Shown here: one piece after another, positions 63,718 to 64,000 of the stretch
Numbering within the stretch: the stretch's first letter is position 1
Layout of the letters: each line of letters begins with the position of its first letter
Notes under the pieces: generated by a model
What the model was told of the DNA's origin: nothing
What the model saw: only the letters and a program-made list of their open reading frames with translations
Database searches by the model: none
Position numbers and translations under genes: made by a program
Origin: an uncultured Planctomycetota bacterium
Lineage (GTDB): Bacteria > Planctomycetota > Planctomycetia > Isosphaerales > Isosphaeraceae
DNA length: 64,000 bases
NCBI GenBank assembly: GCA_963737655.1
Contig: CAVTTN010000002.1
Location: forward strand, 4,960,001 to 5,024,000
Direction of reading: 5' to 3'

Positions 63718-64000
63718 ATGATCCGACGAAAGGGGGCGATCCTCGCCCTGACCTCCTTCGCCGCCGTGGGCGTGGCCGCCATCGTGTTCGCCGACGACGA
63801 GGAATCCAAGCTGAAGAAGACGATGGAATCGATCCAGGCCAAGAGCTCGCTGATCCTCAAGAACACCAAGAACGCCGCCGCCTACGCCAAGGGCAAGAAG
63901 GACGTCGCCACCGCCGCCGAGGCCCTGATCAAGCTGGGCAAGGAGGTCCGCGACGACACCGACGCCGCCAAGGAGCAGAAGCAGCCCCAGTCCAAGTGGA
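63718..64000 (+). CDS. Secreted helical protein, possibly cytochrome c'-like (truncated by window edge)
   Basis: AGGAG then MIRRKGAILALTSFAAVGVAAIVFADDEESKLKKTMESIQ...; any CxxCH motif would lie beyond the window. Confidence 0.5.
   Translation, partial: MIRRKGAILALTSFAAVGVAAIVFADDEESKLKKTMESIQAKSSLILKNTKNAAAYAKGKKDVATAAEALIKLGKEVRDDTDAAKEQKQPQSKW

Overview
A high-GC chromosomal region whose gene content points to a planctomycete, probably Isosphaeraceae-like (inference from LExRxL[LM]A-leader proteins, a PEP-CTERM protein, two eukaryote-like Ser/Thr kinases, BON proteins and a groEL-groES-groEL cluster). It holds about 40 genes. These include housekeeping genes (greA, sod, groEL/groES/groEL, hisE, trmB-like, purM, rluA-like, dsbD), a TolC-MFP-ABC(MacB-type) exporter, a divergent FG-GAP protein, a ~9.5 kb adhesin gene and several signalling proteins. 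I saw no rRNA, tRNA, CRISPR array or transposase. Five genes carry seven single-base frameshifts; six sit at short homopolymer runs and most likely reflect long-read assembly errors. The most striking unexplained structure is a set of 11 intergenic palindromic elements from at least 5 families. They include an 85-bp double hairpin with a fixed-length 13-nt variable spacer and a 191-bp long form of it, GTAG-REP quadruplets (one supplies the stop codons of both flanking genes), a MITE-like element with 9-bp direct repeats, 9-nt-periodic palindromes, and a 280-bp nested composite. Candidate sigma54 promoters, including one at groEL with an upstream palindrome, are also visible.
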